Shown: positions 9,871 to 19,254 of the stretch, piece after piece | How positions within the stretch are numbered: position 1 is the stretch's first letter | How the letters are laid out: the number at the start of each line of letters is the position of its first letter | DNA from: an uncultured Gemmatimonadaceae bacterium | GTDB taxonomy: Bacteria > Gemmatimonadota > Gemmatimonadetes > Gemmatimonadales > Gemmatimonadaceae | Direction of reading: 5' to 3' | Assembly: GCA_963822945.1 (NCBI GenBank) | Contig: CAWGJO010000006.1 | Span: 1 to 64,000, forward strand | Length of the DNA: 64,000 bases | The notes under the pieces: generated by a model | The model's input: only the letters and a program-made list of their open reading frames with translations | Databases searched by the model: none | Told to the model about the DNA's origin: nothing | Position numbers and translations under genes: made by a program

Positions 9871-10854
9871 CGGAGCGCCGAACGCGACCGTTCCTGGTCG
9901 CGGCCGCGCAGGTGAGGCCGGAGTTTCTCGACGCGGCAGCCACGACGCGGAAGGCGTGCGCCGTGATCCGCGAGGCGGCCGCCAAGGGGGCACGCCTGAT
10001 CGTCTTCCCCGAAGCGTTCGTTCCCGGATATCCGCTCTGGGTGTGGTACGTCCCGGCGGGCGACAGCGCCTCCCTGCGTGAGGCGTACGCCGAACTGGTC
10101 GCCGAGTCGGTCACGATTCCGGGGCCGGAAATCGACATGCTCTCCGAGACGGCGCGTGAGTGCGGGGTATGCGTCGCGATCGGCGTGAACGAGCGGAATG
10201 CCGAAGCCAGCGACACATCCCTCTTCAACACCCTGGTGTGGATCGACGCCGACGGGCGGCTGCTGGGACGCCACCGGAAGCTGGTACCCACGAGCGGCGA
10301 ACGTCTGGTGCACGCATCCGGCGACGGGAGCACCTTCGGCGTGCACGACACCGCGTGCGGGCGCGTGGGCGGCCTGATCTGCTGGGAGAACTACATGCCC
10401 CTGGCTCGGTACGCGCTGTACGCGTGGGGTGAGCAGATTCACGCGCGCCCCCACCTGGGACCGGGGCGAGCCGTGGCTCTCCACACTGCGTCACGTGGCC
10501 AAGGAGGGCCGGGTGTACGTCATCGGCGCGTGCAGCCCGATGCGCACGGCGGACGTGCCGGACCGGCTATCGTTCAAGGCTCGCTACCTGGCCGATGCCG
10601 GGGAATGGTTGAATCCGGGGGACAGCGCGATCGTCGACCCGGACGGGAAGATGCTCGCGGGCCCGGCCCACGAGGAGGAGACGGTGTTGTACGCCGAGGT
10701 GGATCCGCGCAAGATCACCGGACCGCGATCGCAGTTGGACGTGGCGGGCCATTACGCGCGTCCCGACATCTTCCAGCTCACGGTGTTCCGCGAGCCCCGG
10801 CCGCTGCTGCGTGTGGGCGAGGCATCGGCGGGCCTGGAGCCGGGCGAGGGTTGA
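9867..10854 (+). CDS. Nitrilase / carbon-nitrogen hydrolase (frameshift ~10445)
   Basis: Catalytic triad motifs FPEAF, HRKLVPT and LICWEN; C-terminal DVAGHYARPDIF. Confidence 0.92.
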
Positions 10855-11951
10855 CCGGTCCGCCGGGCGCGAGCCCCGAATTGGCGCGGGCGCTGGTCCT
10901 GCGCTACGGCTGGAACTCGACCAGCTACCAGATCCTGAACCCCGGCATCTCCCACTGGTTCTCCGCGGCGGGCGATGCCGTGCTCGGCTACGCCCGCTTC
11001 CACGGCGTCTACGTGGTGGCCGGCGCGCCCATCTGTCCGGCCGACCGGCTGGCGGAGGTGGTGGACGAGTTCGAACACGAGATGCGCGCCGACGGGAGCC
11101 ACGTGTGCTACTTCGGCGCCGAGGGGCGCGTGGAGCAGCTGCTGCGTGAGCGGCCCGGGCGTGCCTTCGTGATCCTCGGGGGGCAGCCGGTGTGGCATCC
11201 CGCGGCGTGGGCGCCCATCGTCGCGCAGCACGCTTCGCTGCGGGCCCAGATCCAGCGGGCGCGGAACAAGGACGTGGAGGTGAGCGAGTGGAACGCGGCC
11301 CGCGCCCGCGGGCGGGCGGACCTCTGGCGGTGCCTGCGCGAGTGGGGCGCCACGCGGGGACTCCCGCCCATGCACTTTCTGGTGGAGCCGCGCACGCTGG
11401 ACCGGCTGGAAGACCGCCGCGTCTTCGTGGCCGAGCGGGCGGGCTACGGCGTGGTGGGGTTCCTGCTGGCGTCGCCGGTTCCGGTACGCGATGGGTGGCT
11501 GGTGGAGCAGATCATCCGCGGGCGCGGCGCGCCCAACGGCTGCAACGAGCTCCTCATCGACACCGCGATGCGCGTGTTCGAGGCCGAGGGCTCCGGCTAC
11601 GTCACGTTGGGGCTGTCGCCGCTGTCGCGTCGCGCCCACCTGGACGAGACGGTCAATCCGGTGTGGCTTCGCTACGTGCTGGCGTGGATGCGCGCGCACG
11701 GGCGGCGGTTCTACAACTTCGACGGGCTGGACGCCTTCAAGGCAAAGCTCGATCCGGAGCGTTGGGAGCCGGTGTACGCCATTGCCGACGGGCGGCGGGT
11801 GCTGCCACGCACGTTGTTCGCGATCGCGGCGGCGTTCAGCGGAGGCTCGCCGATTGCCTTCGTCGCCCGGGCGGTGCTCGGCGCGGCGCGCATGGAAGCG
11901 GTGTGGGCGCTGGAGAGTGCGCAGGAGTACGATGCGAAGGTGAAGGGCTGA
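10851..11951 (+). CDS. DUF2156 / MprF-like aminoacyltransferase soluble domain protein
   Basis: VVAGAPIC, APNGCNELL, LGLSPL, FYNFDGLDAFKAKL.P..WEPVY. Confidence 0.85.
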   Translation: MTGPPGASPELARALVLRYGWNSTSYQILNPGISHWFSAAGDAVLGYARFHGVYVVAGAPICPADRLAEVVDEFEHEMRADGSHVCYFGAEGRVEQLLRERPGRAFVILGGQPVWHPAAWAPIVAQHASLRAQIQRARNKDVEVSEWNAARARGRADLWRCLREWGATRGLPPMHFLVEPRTLDRLEDRRVFVAERAGYGVVGFLLASPVPVRDGWLVEQIIRGRGAPNGCNELLIDTAMRVFEAEGSGYVTLGLSPLSRRAHLDETVNPVWLRYVLAWMRAHGRRFYNFDGLDAFKAKLDPERWEPVYAIADGRRVLPRTLFAIAAAFSGGSPIAFVARAVLGAARMEAVWALESAQEYDAKVKG

Positions 11952-12061
11952 ACGGCGCAAGCTGAGAACCGCTGCCGCTGGACGCAGTCCCCTTCGCGGT
12001 GTTGATTTGGCCCGTTCGCACGGCCACGTCGTTCCTCTCCGCCCCTCCTGCCTCGACCCGC

Positions 12062-13849
12062 ATGCACTTCACGAGACTCGACTGGATCATCGTCACGGCG
12101 TCGATCGTCGTGTCGTTCCTGCCGGCGCTGTTCTTCATCAAGCGCGCGGGCTCCAGCACCGCCGAATTCTTCACCTCGGGCCGCGCCGCGCCCTGGTGGC
12201 TGGTGGGCGTCTCGATGGTGGCCACGACGTTCAGTACCGATACGCCCAATCTGGTGACGAACATGGTTCGCCAGAACGGCGTGGCCGACAACTGGCTGTG
12301 GTGGGCGTTCCTGCTCACCGGCATGATGACGGTGTTCTTCTTCGCCCGCATGTGGCGCCGGTCGCGGGTGATGACCGACCTCGAGTTCTACGAGCTGCGC
12401 TATTCGGGCAAGGCGGCGAGCTTCGTGCGCGGCTTCCGCGCCGTCTACCTCGGCCTCTTCTTCAACTGCGTCATCATGGCCACGGTGAACCTGGCGGCGG
12501 TGAAGATCGCCGGCATCGTGCTCGGGTGGCCGTCGTGGAAGACGCTCACCATCGCCGCCATCATCACGGTGTTCTTCGCCTCGGTGTCCGGCCTCTGGGG
12601 CGTGCTCGTCACCGACTTCATCCAGTTCGGAATCATGATGACGGGGACGTTCGCCGTGGCCTACTTCGCGGTGAAGCAGCCGCAGGTGGGCGGCATGGCG
12701 GGGCTGATCTCGAAGATCGATCCCAAGACGCTGAATCTGCTGCCCGACTTCGGCAACTGGTCGGTGGCGCTGGCGGTGTTCATCATCCCGGTCACCATCC
12801 AGTGGTGGTCGGTGTGGTATCCGGGGGCCGAACCGGGCGGCGGGAGCTACATGGCGCAGCGCATGCTCGCCTCGCGCAGCGAGAAGGACGCGCTCACCGG
12901 CACGTTCCTGTTCAACGTGATGCACTACGCGCTCCGCCCCTGGCCCTGGATCATCGTCGCTCTCGCCAGCACGATCATCTACCCCAACCTGGCCTCGATC
13001 CAGCACGCCTTCCCGGCGCTCGATCCCAAGCTGCTGGGCGACGACATCGCGTACCCGGCCATGCTGCGCTTCCTGCCGGCCGGATTCCTGGGCCTCATGG
13101 TGGCCGGCATGCTCGCCGCCTACTGCTCCACCATCGAGACGCATCTCAACTGGGGCACATCGTATCTGGTGCACGACTTCTACCGGCGATTCATCAGTCG
13201 TGACCGGTCGGAGAAGCACTACGTGTTCATCGGTCGCGTGGTCACCGCGCTGCTCATGGTGTGCGCCGCGCTCCTCACCTTCGAGCTGACCACGGCCAAG
13301 GCGGCGTTCGACCTCATCCTCTCCATCGGCGCCGGGACGGGGCTCATCTACCTGCTGCGCTGGTTCTGGTGGCGCGTGAATGCGTGGAGCGAGGTGTCGG
13401 CGATGGTGAGTTCGTTCGTCGTCGCCGTCGGGTTCTTCGTCGGCGGGAAGATGGGGCATCCGGTGGACGCCAACGTGTCGCTGGTGATCACCGTGGCCGT
13501 GACCACCGTGGTGTGGGTGGCGGTCACCTATCTCACCGAGCCGCACGACCACGCCACGCTCCTGGCCTTCTACCGGCTGGTGCGCCCCGCCGGCCCCGGG
13601 TGGACGGCCATCCGCGCGGAGTCCGGGCTCGGGGCGTCGCCCGACAGCCTGCCACAAGCGATGCTGGGCTGGACGCTCGGCTGCCTGTTCGTCTATTCGG
13701 CGCTGTTCGGCACGGGGAGCTTCCTCTACGGCCGCATCCCGCAGGCGATCATGTGGACCGTGTCCTTCGTGATCAGCGGGATCGGGCTCCTGATGGTGGT
13801 CCCGCGGCTGTGGAGCGGCGCGGGCTCGGAGGCAGCGGAGGGCGCATGA
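12062..13849 (+). CDS. Sodium:solute symporter (SSS family)
   Basis: EFFTSGRAAPWWLVGVSMVATTFS; about 14 TM helices; YMAQRMLA. Confidence 0.92.
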   Translation: MHFTRLDWIIVTASIVVSFLPALFFIKRAGSSTAEFFTSGRAAPWWLVGVSMVATTFSTDTPNLVTNMVRQNGVADNWLWWAFLLTGMMTVFFFARMWRRSRVMTDLEFYELRYSGKAASFVRGFRAVYLGLFFNCVIMATVNLAAVKIAGIVLGWPSWKTLTIAAIITVFFASVSGLWGVLVTDFIQFGIMMTGTFAVAYFAVKQPQVGGMAGLISKIDPKTLNLLPDFGNWSVALAVFIIPVTIQWWSVWYPGAEPGGGSYMAQRMLASRSEKDALTGTFLFNVMHYALRPWPWIIVALASTIIYPNLASIQHAFPALDPKLLGDDIAYPAMLRFLPAGFLGLMVAGMLAAYCSTIETHLNWGTSYLVHDFYRRFISRDRSEKHYVFIGRVVTALLMVCAALLTFELTTAKAAFDLILSIGAGTGLIYLLRWFWWRVNAWSEVSAMVSSFVVAVGFFVGGKMGHPVDANVSLVITVAVTTVVWVAVTYLTEPHDHATLLAFYRLVRPAGPGWTAIRAESGLGASPDSLPQAMLGWTLGCLFVYSALFGTGSFLYGRIPQAIMWTVSFVISGIGLLMVVPRLWSGAGSEAAEGA

Positions 13850-14673
13850 CCGAGCGCCGGCCCGCCGTGACGAAGGCCGTCGTGCTGGCGCGAGGGCTGG
13901 GTACTCGCATGCGCCGTGAGGACGCCGGCGCGGCGCTCGACGACGCCCAGGCCGCGGTGGCGGCTCGTGGCGTGAAGGCGATGATCCCGATCGGGCGTCC
14001 CTTTCTGGACTTCGCCCTGAGCGCGCTCGCCGACGCCGGTTGTACCGACGTGTGCGTCGTCGTCGCGCCGGGCCCCAACGAAATTCGTGACCACTACACG
14101 CGCACGCCGCCCGAGCGGGTGCGCGTTTCGTTTTCCATTCAGGAGGAACCCCGCGGCACCGCCGATGCGCTGCTCGCAGCCGAGGCATTCGCCGCGGGGG
14201 ACCGGGTGCTGATGGTGAATTCCGACAATTACTACCCGCCCGCCGCGCTCGCGGCGCTGTGCGCGGCGCCCGGTTCGGCGGTGCTCGGCTTCGAGCGCGA
14301 CGCGCTGATCCGCGAGAGCAACATCGAGGAGGCGCGCGTGCTCCGGTACGCGCTGCTGGCGCAGAACGCCGACGGCTCGTTGGCCCGCATCGTCGAGAAG
14401 CCCGACGAGGCCACGGCCCGCGCCTTCGGCGACGACGCGCTGGTGAGCATGAACGCGTGGCTGTTCACGCCCGTCATCTTCGACGCCTGCCGGCGCGTGA
14501 CGCCGTCGCCGCGGGGGGAACTCGAACTGCAGGACGCCGTGCGCATCGCCATCGAGGAGATGGGGGAGCGGATCGACGTGGTGCGCGTGGCGGCCGGCGT
14601 GCTCGACCTGTCGAGCCGCGGCGACATTGCCAGCGTGCGTGAACGGCTGGCCGGCGTGGAGGCACGGCCATGA
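13846..14673 (+). CDS. Sugar-1-phosphate nucleotidyltransferase
   Basis: AVVLARGLGTRM, KAMIPIGRPFL, QEEPRGTA, IVEKP, SPRGELEL; ATGA overlap. Confidence 0.88.
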   Translation: MTERRPAVTKAVVLARGLGTRMRREDAGAALDDAQAAVAARGVKAMIPIGRPFLDFALSALADAGCTDVCVVVAPGPNEIRDHYTRTPPERVRVSFSIQEEPRGTADALLAAEAFAAGDRVLMVNSDNYYPPAALAALCAAPGSAVLGFERDALIRESNIEEARVLRYALLAQNADGSLARIVEKPDEATARAFGDDALVSMNAWLFTPVIFDACRRVTPSPRGELELQDAVRIAIEEMGERIDVVRVAAGVLDLSSRGDIASVRERLAGVEARP

Positions 14674-16028
14674 GCGGCGCGTTCGCGCGGCCGCTGGTGA
14701 CCGCCGGCATGTCGAGTGCCGCGGCGTCCGCCAAGGACGAACTGTTCACCGCCGCCGTCGACGCCCTGCGCGCCCACGACGTCTCGGGGGAATCGCTGGC
14801 CGCCTGGTTCTCGCCGGGGCGCATCGAGGTGTTGGGCAAGCATACCGACTACGCGGGCGGACGCAGCCTGCTCTGCGCCGTGGAACGCGGCGTCTGCCTG
14901 GTGGCCTCGCCGCGCGCCGACGGGATGGTGCGCGTGATCGACGCCCGCCTGAACGATTCCGCCACGTTCCCCTTCGGGCCCGACATCGAACCGCCCATGG
15001 GGCACTGGTCCAACTATCCGATGACCGTGGTGCGCCGCGTGGCGCGCAACTTTCCCAATGCGCGCCGCGGGCTCGACATCGCGCTGGCCAGCGATCTGCC
15101 GCTCAGCGCCGGCGTGAGCAGCTCCAGCGCGCTGGTCGTCGCCATCTTCCTCGCCGTCTCGTACGTCAACGACCTGGAGCACGACGAGGCGTACCGGCGC
15201 GAGATCACCGATCGCGAGGCGCTTGCCTCGTACCTCGGCTGCGTGGAGAACGGGCAGAGCTTCGGCACCCTGACCGGCGACCGCGGGGTCGGGATCTTCG
15301 GGGGCAGCGAGGACCAGACGGCGATTCTGTGCTGCCGGCCGCGCATGCTCAGCCAGTACTCCTTCTGCCCGGTGCGCGCCGAGGGCACGGTGCGACTGCC
15401 CGAGGGGTACACCTTCGCGATCGCCAACAGCGGGGTGCTGGCCGAGAAGGCGGGCGCGGCCCGCGACGCCTACAACCGGGCGTCGGTGGCAACCCGCGTC
15501 ATCCTGCAGTTGTGGACCGAGGCCACGGGGCGCGACGACGACTCGCTGGCCGCGGCGGCCGCCTCGTCGGCCGATGCCCCGGACCGCATCCGACAGTTGA
15601 TCCGCGGCGCGACGCACGCCGAGTATCCGCCGGGCGTCCTGATGGACCGGTTCGACCAGTTCGTGGAGGAGAGCACGCGGATCATTCCCGAGGCGCGGCG
15701 GGCGCTCGACGCCGGCGACCTGGAGCGGTTCGGCGCGTTGGTGGACGAGTCGCAGAACAACGTGGAGCGGTGGCTGGGCAACCAGATCGCGGAGACGATC
15801 GCGTTGCAGCGGCAGGCGCGCGCCCTCGGCGCCGCGGCGGCGTCGGCGTTCGGCGCCGGGTTCGGCGGCAGCGTGTGGGCGCTGGTGCGGGAGTCCGACG
15901 CGCCCGCGTTCGCGCAGAAATGGGATTCCAGGTATCGTCTAGCGTTCCCCAATGCGGGTCCGGCTGCGGAGGTATTCGTGACCGGGGCCGGCCCGGCAGC
16001 ACTCCAGTTGGCTCACCCAAGGCCGTGA
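14670..16028 (+). CDS. Galactokinase-like GHMP sugar kinase
   Basis: PGRIEVLGKHTDY, PLSAGVSSSSA, GAGFGGS. Confidence 0.88.
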   Translation: MSGAFARPLVTAGMSSAAASAKDELFTAAVDALRAHDVSGESLAAWFSPGRIEVLGKHTDYAGGRSLLCAVERGVCLVASPRADGMVRVIDARLNDSATFPFGPDIEPPMGHWSNYPMTVVRRVARNFPNARRGLDIALASDLPLSAGVSSSSALVVAIFLAVSYVNDLEHDEAYRREITDREALASYLGCVENGQSFGTLTGDRGVGIFGGSEDQTAILCCRPRMLSQYSFCPVRAEGTVRLPEGYTFAIANSGVLAEKAGAARDAYNRASVATRVILQLWTEATGRDDDSLAAAAASSADAPDRIRQLIRGATHAEYPPGVLMDRFDQFVEESTRIIPEARRALDAGDLERFGALVDESQNNVERWLGNQIAETIALQRQARALGAAAASAFGAGFGGSVWALVRESDAPAFAQKWDSRYRLAFPNAGPAAEVFVTGAGPAALQLAHPRP

Positions 16029-16035
16029 GGTGCAT

Positions 16036-16422
16036 ATGTGGAAGGATTTCAAGGGTTTCCTGATCAAGCAGAACGCCATCGGACTCGCGGTGGCGGTGGT
16101 GATCGGCGTGGCGCTCAACGACGTGGTGAAGGCGATCGTGAGCGACGTCATCATGCCGATCGTGGCCGTGGCGCAACCCAGCGGCGAGTGGGCGACGTAC
16201 GTGCTGCACTTGTGGAAATTCCAATTCCCGGTCGGCCACCTGGTGAATGCGGTGATCAACTTCTTCATCATCGGCTTCGTGGCCTGGCGCATCAGCAAGA
16301 TCTTCGTGAAGGAGCCGCCCAAGGGTGCGCCAACCACGAAGGTCTGCCAGTTCTGCAAGTCGACCATCGACATCGCCGCCACGCGGTGCGCGCACTGCAC
16401 CAGCCAACTGTCGGCGGCGTAG
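16036..16422 (+). CDS. mscL: MscL-family mechanosensitive channel with C-terminal CxxC-CxxC ribbon
   Basis: FKGFLIKQNAIGLAVAVVIG, NAVINFFII; tail CQFC...CAHC. Confidence 0.88.
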   Translation: MWKDFKGFLIKQNAIGLAVAVVIGVALNDVVKAIVSDVIMPIVAVAQPSGEWATYVLHLWKFQFPVGHLVNAVINFFIIGFVAWRISKIFVKEPPKGAPTTKVCQFCKSTIDIAATRCAHCTSQLSAA

Positions 16423-16431
16423 GGGCCCTGC

Positions 16432-16794
16432 ATGGCGGCACCGCGGAAGCGGGCGGACGTCCCGGGTGCGTCCGGCACGTACGCCCGCATCTACGCCGTG
16501 GTGCGCCGCATTCCCCGGGGCCGGGTGGCCACCTACGGGCAAGTGGCCCGCGTGGCCGGCCTGCCGGGTCATGCGCGGCAGGTGGGCTACGCCATGGCGG
16601 CGCTCAAGGACGGGATGCGGGTACCCTGGCACCGGGTGATCAACGCGCAGGGGGCGGTGAGCCCGCGGCGCGCGGGCCCCGGGGCCGGTGTGCGGCAGCG
16701 CCAGCTGCTGGAACGCGAGGGCGTGACGTTCAGCCCGCGCGGGCGGGTGTCGCTGGACCGGTACGGCTGGGAGCCTCGCGGCCGGAGCCGGTGA
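16432..16794 (+). CDS. Alkyltransferase-like (ATL) protein, MGMT family
   Basis: IPRGRVATYGQVA; PWHRV (Trp in place of the catalytic Cys). Confidence 0.9.
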   Translation: MAAPRKRADVPGASGTYARIYAVVRRIPRGRVATYGQVARVAGLPGHARQVGYAMAALKDGMRVPWHRVINAQGAVSPRRAGPGAGVRQRQLLEREGVTFSPRGRVSLDRYGWEPRGRSR

Positions 16795-16864
16795 ACACTA
16801 CAGTGGATGTCGGCGGCACCGCGGGTGCGGTGCGGCGCTGGTCACGGGATGGGAGAACGGAACG

Positions 16865-17359
16865 ATGCGAGAGTACTTCAAGCGGTTGTTCGCGCATCTG
16901 CAGTGGGCGGATGCGCGCACCCTGCGGTCCATCGTCGACAGCCAGCACCTGCCGGCGCATGCGTTGGAACTGTTCGCCCACGTGGTGGCCGCCGAGCACG
17001 TCTGGCTGAGCCGGTTGGCGGGCGTGGCCTCCAGGCTGCCCGTGTGGCCCACACTCTCGATTGCCGAATGCGATGCGCTGATGCACGAGAACCATGCGGC
17101 GTACACCCAATTTCTGGACGAGCTGGGCGACGACGACCTCGCGCATTCGGTGGCCTATCGCAATTCGGCGGGCCGGGAATTCACGTCCACCATCGAGGAG
17201 ATGCTCACGCAGGTGGCGACGCACGGCATCTACCACCGCGGTCAGATCGCGGCGCTGGTGCGCGCGGCGGGCGATGAACCGCAGCCCACGGATTACATCG
17301 CGTTCGCCCGCGGGGCGCCGTCCGCCACGCGCGGCGGCCAGGACCCGGCCTCGCGATGA
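16865..17359 (+). CDS. DinB family protein
   Basis: AHVVAAEHVW and HGIYHRGQI. Confidence 0.88.
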   Translation: MREYFKRLFAHLQWADARTLRSIVDSQHLPAHALELFAHVVAAEHVWLSRLAGVASRLPVWPTLSIAECDALMHENHAAYTQFLDELGDDDLAHSVAYRNSAGREFTSTIEEMLTQVATHGIYHRGQIAALVRAAGDEPQPTDYIAFARGAPSATRGGQDPASR

Positions 17360-17760
17360 GTGCCGACGCCTCCGCCGATCGTCCACAGCCGCCCCATCCG
17401 TCCGGGCCGCGGCGCCACCGGCTGTACAAGCCGATGGTGTCGCGTACGGTGTACTACCGGCATCTGGTGCGGAACGCGCTCATCGGCGGCTCGATGGTCG
17501 GGGTGGCGTTGATGGTCGGTGTGGTGGGCTACCACGTGACGGCGAGTCTCGGGTGGCTCGACTCGCTGGTGAACGCGAGCATGATCCTGGGCGGCATGGG
17601 CCCGGTGGATCCCATCCGGTCGAGCGCCGGCAAGTGGTTCGAGAGCTTCTACGCGCTGTTCAGCGGCGTGGTGTTCATCGGGTCGGTGGGCGTGATGCTG
17701 GCGCCGCCGGCCAAGCGGTTCCTGCACCGGTTCCATCTGGACATCGAGGCGGACGACTAG
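17356..17760 (+). CDS. Small two-TM membrane protein (pore-module-like)
   Basis: TM - GWLDSLVNASMILGGMGP - GKWFESFYALFSG - TM. Confidence 0.65.
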   Translation: MSADASADRPQPPHPSGPRRHRLYKPMVSRTVYYRHLVRNALIGGSMVGVALMVGVVGYHVTASLGWLDSLVNASMILGGMGPVDPIRSSAGKWFESFYALFSGVVFIGSVGVMLAPPAKRFLHRFHLDIEADD

Positions 17761-18140
17761 AAGGCCACCCTCACCACGCGGATGCTGTCGGGAACGAGCC
17801 CATCGGCGGGTCCGGGCACCAGGCGCCACCAGTAGACGAGGGCTTCCTTCGCGCCGGCGTAGTAGCCGGAGACGGTGGAATACGAGATGCTGGTGTCGGC
17901 GCCCGGGCGCAAAATCAGGCAGCCCGGAATGTCGGGGCCGCATGGGGCCCACAGGATCAACGCGGACTCTCCCGCCTCGACGGGGAAGAAGCCGATTGAG
18001 AAGCTGCCGCGGTTGCTCAGATGGATGGCGGAGTCGGCGGCCGACACCGCGACAGCGAGATCTTCGCGCGGCATCGTGGGCCCGTTGCAGGCGGCCACGA
18101 GTATCGCAGCGAGGATGGCGGTAACGGTTCCGGTGCGCAT
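17757..18140 (-). CDS. Hypothetical lipoprotein
   Basis: MRTGTVTAILAAILVAAC lipobox; GGAGG RBS. Confidence 0.65.
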   Translation of the reverse strand: MRTGTVTAILAAILVAACNGPTMPREDLAVAVSAADSAIHLSNRGSFSIGFFPVEAGESALILWAPCGPDIPGCLILRPGADTSISYSTVSGYYAGAKEALVYWWRLVPGPADGLVPDSIRVVRVAF

Positions 18141-18273
18141 AAGGCCTCCGTGGATGGACGGCGGCAGAGCCAACGGTTTCGTGGGCCGCCCGTCCCTACC
18201 AGAGGTCAACTCCGTCGCCGCGCCGGCGGTCACGGAACGGGCATGAGGCCCTGGCGGGATGCGGAACCGTTAC

Positions 18274-18302
18274 TTGACAGGTCCCCGATCGCCGGTGAAG
18301 AT
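18274..18302 (+). promoter_or_regulatory. Sigma70-type promoter of the phhA leader
   Basis: TTGACA (18274-18279), 17 bp, GAAGAT (18297-18302); ATG 7 nt downstream. Confidence 0.65.
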
Positions 18303-18309
18303 TCGCGGC

Positions 18310-18393
18310 ATGACGACGCACCTCTGCGCCTGGTATTCCTACTGGTATTCGACCTCATCCACGGGCCGAAGCTGGAGGCGTGCGCACAGGTAG
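18310..18393 (+). CDS. Putative Trp/Tyr-rich attenuator leader peptide (27 aa)
   Basis: MTTHLCAWYSYWYSTSSTGRSWRRAHR-stop; WYSYWY cluster; followed by a terminator and phhA. Confidence 0.8.
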   Translation: MTTHLCAWYSYWYSTSSTGRSWRRAHR

Positions 18394-18415
18394 TCAGGCG
18401 CTGGAGTCTTTCCTC

Positions 18416-18448
18416 AGGCGGTCCGTGAAGTTCACGGGCCGCCTTTTT
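18416..18448 (+). terminator. Attenuator terminator upstream of phhA
   Basis: AGGCGGTCCGTGA-AGT-TCACGGGCCGCCT then TTTT. Confidence 0.85.
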
Positions 18449-18473
18449 CGTGTTCACCACCACCGAGGTCGCC

Positions 18474-19236
18474 ATGCTGGACGCCGCACAGAAGCTCCCA
18501 ACCGAAGAGCCGCAGTTCATCGAGCAGCGGTGGAACGAGTACACCAACGAGCAGCACGACGTGTGGGCGCTGCTCTACGAGCGGCGGATGCGCGACCTGG
18601 CCGAGCATGGCAGCGAGGTGTATCTGCGGGGCGCCGAACGGATCGGGTTGTGTCCCGACTGCGTGCCCGACCTGCGCGTGGTGAACGAGAAGCTGCGGGT
18701 GCTCACCGGGTGGCAGGCGGTGCCGGTGAGCGGGTTCCTGCCGGCGCCGGAGTTCTTCCGCTGCCTGTCGCGGCGCCTGTTCCCCACCACGGTGACCATC
18801 CGGCCGCGGGAGCAGCTCGACTACCTGCCGGAGCCCGACATCTTCCACGACGTGTTCGGGCACGTGCCGCTGCACGCGAGCCCGGCGTTCGCGGACTATC
18901 TGCAGCGGTTCGGGCAGATTGCCTGCCGGGCGGAGCGGGAGGAGCAGATTGCGGGGATGGCGCGGCTGTTCTGGTTCACCGTGGAGTTCGGGCTGGTGAG
19001 GGAGGACGACGCGGGTGAAGGTGTACGGGAGCGGGCTCATCTCGTCGCACGGCGACGCGGCGCACGCGCTGGGCCCGGAGTGCGAGCGCCGGCCGTTCAG
19101 TGTGGACGCGGTGCTGGCGCAGCCGTTCGAGATCGACCGGATGCAGGACGTGCTGTTCGTGGTGGACACCTTCGGGCTGCTCTTCCACGCGGCGCAGGAG
19201 GCGGCGGACAGGTTGGGGATTCCGGACGCCGTGTGA
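18474..19236 (+). CDS. phhA: Phenylalanine 4-monooxygenase (frameshift ~19013)
   Basis: YLPEPDIFHDVFGHVP, LFWFTVEFGL; continues KVYGSGLISS...FEIDRMQ. Confidence 0.93.
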
Positions 19237-19254
19237 GCGTGGCATCTTGGGCGG

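Noticed and set aside
9474..11951. 825-aa SRPBCC-nitrilase-DUF2156 fusion
   Set aside because: Two frameshifts join three genes; each true C-terminus is visible in another frame with TTGA overlaps.
18976..19020. Programmed frameshifting in phhA or other genes
   Set aside because: No slippery heptamers or stimulators seen; frameshifts are spread across unrelated genes.
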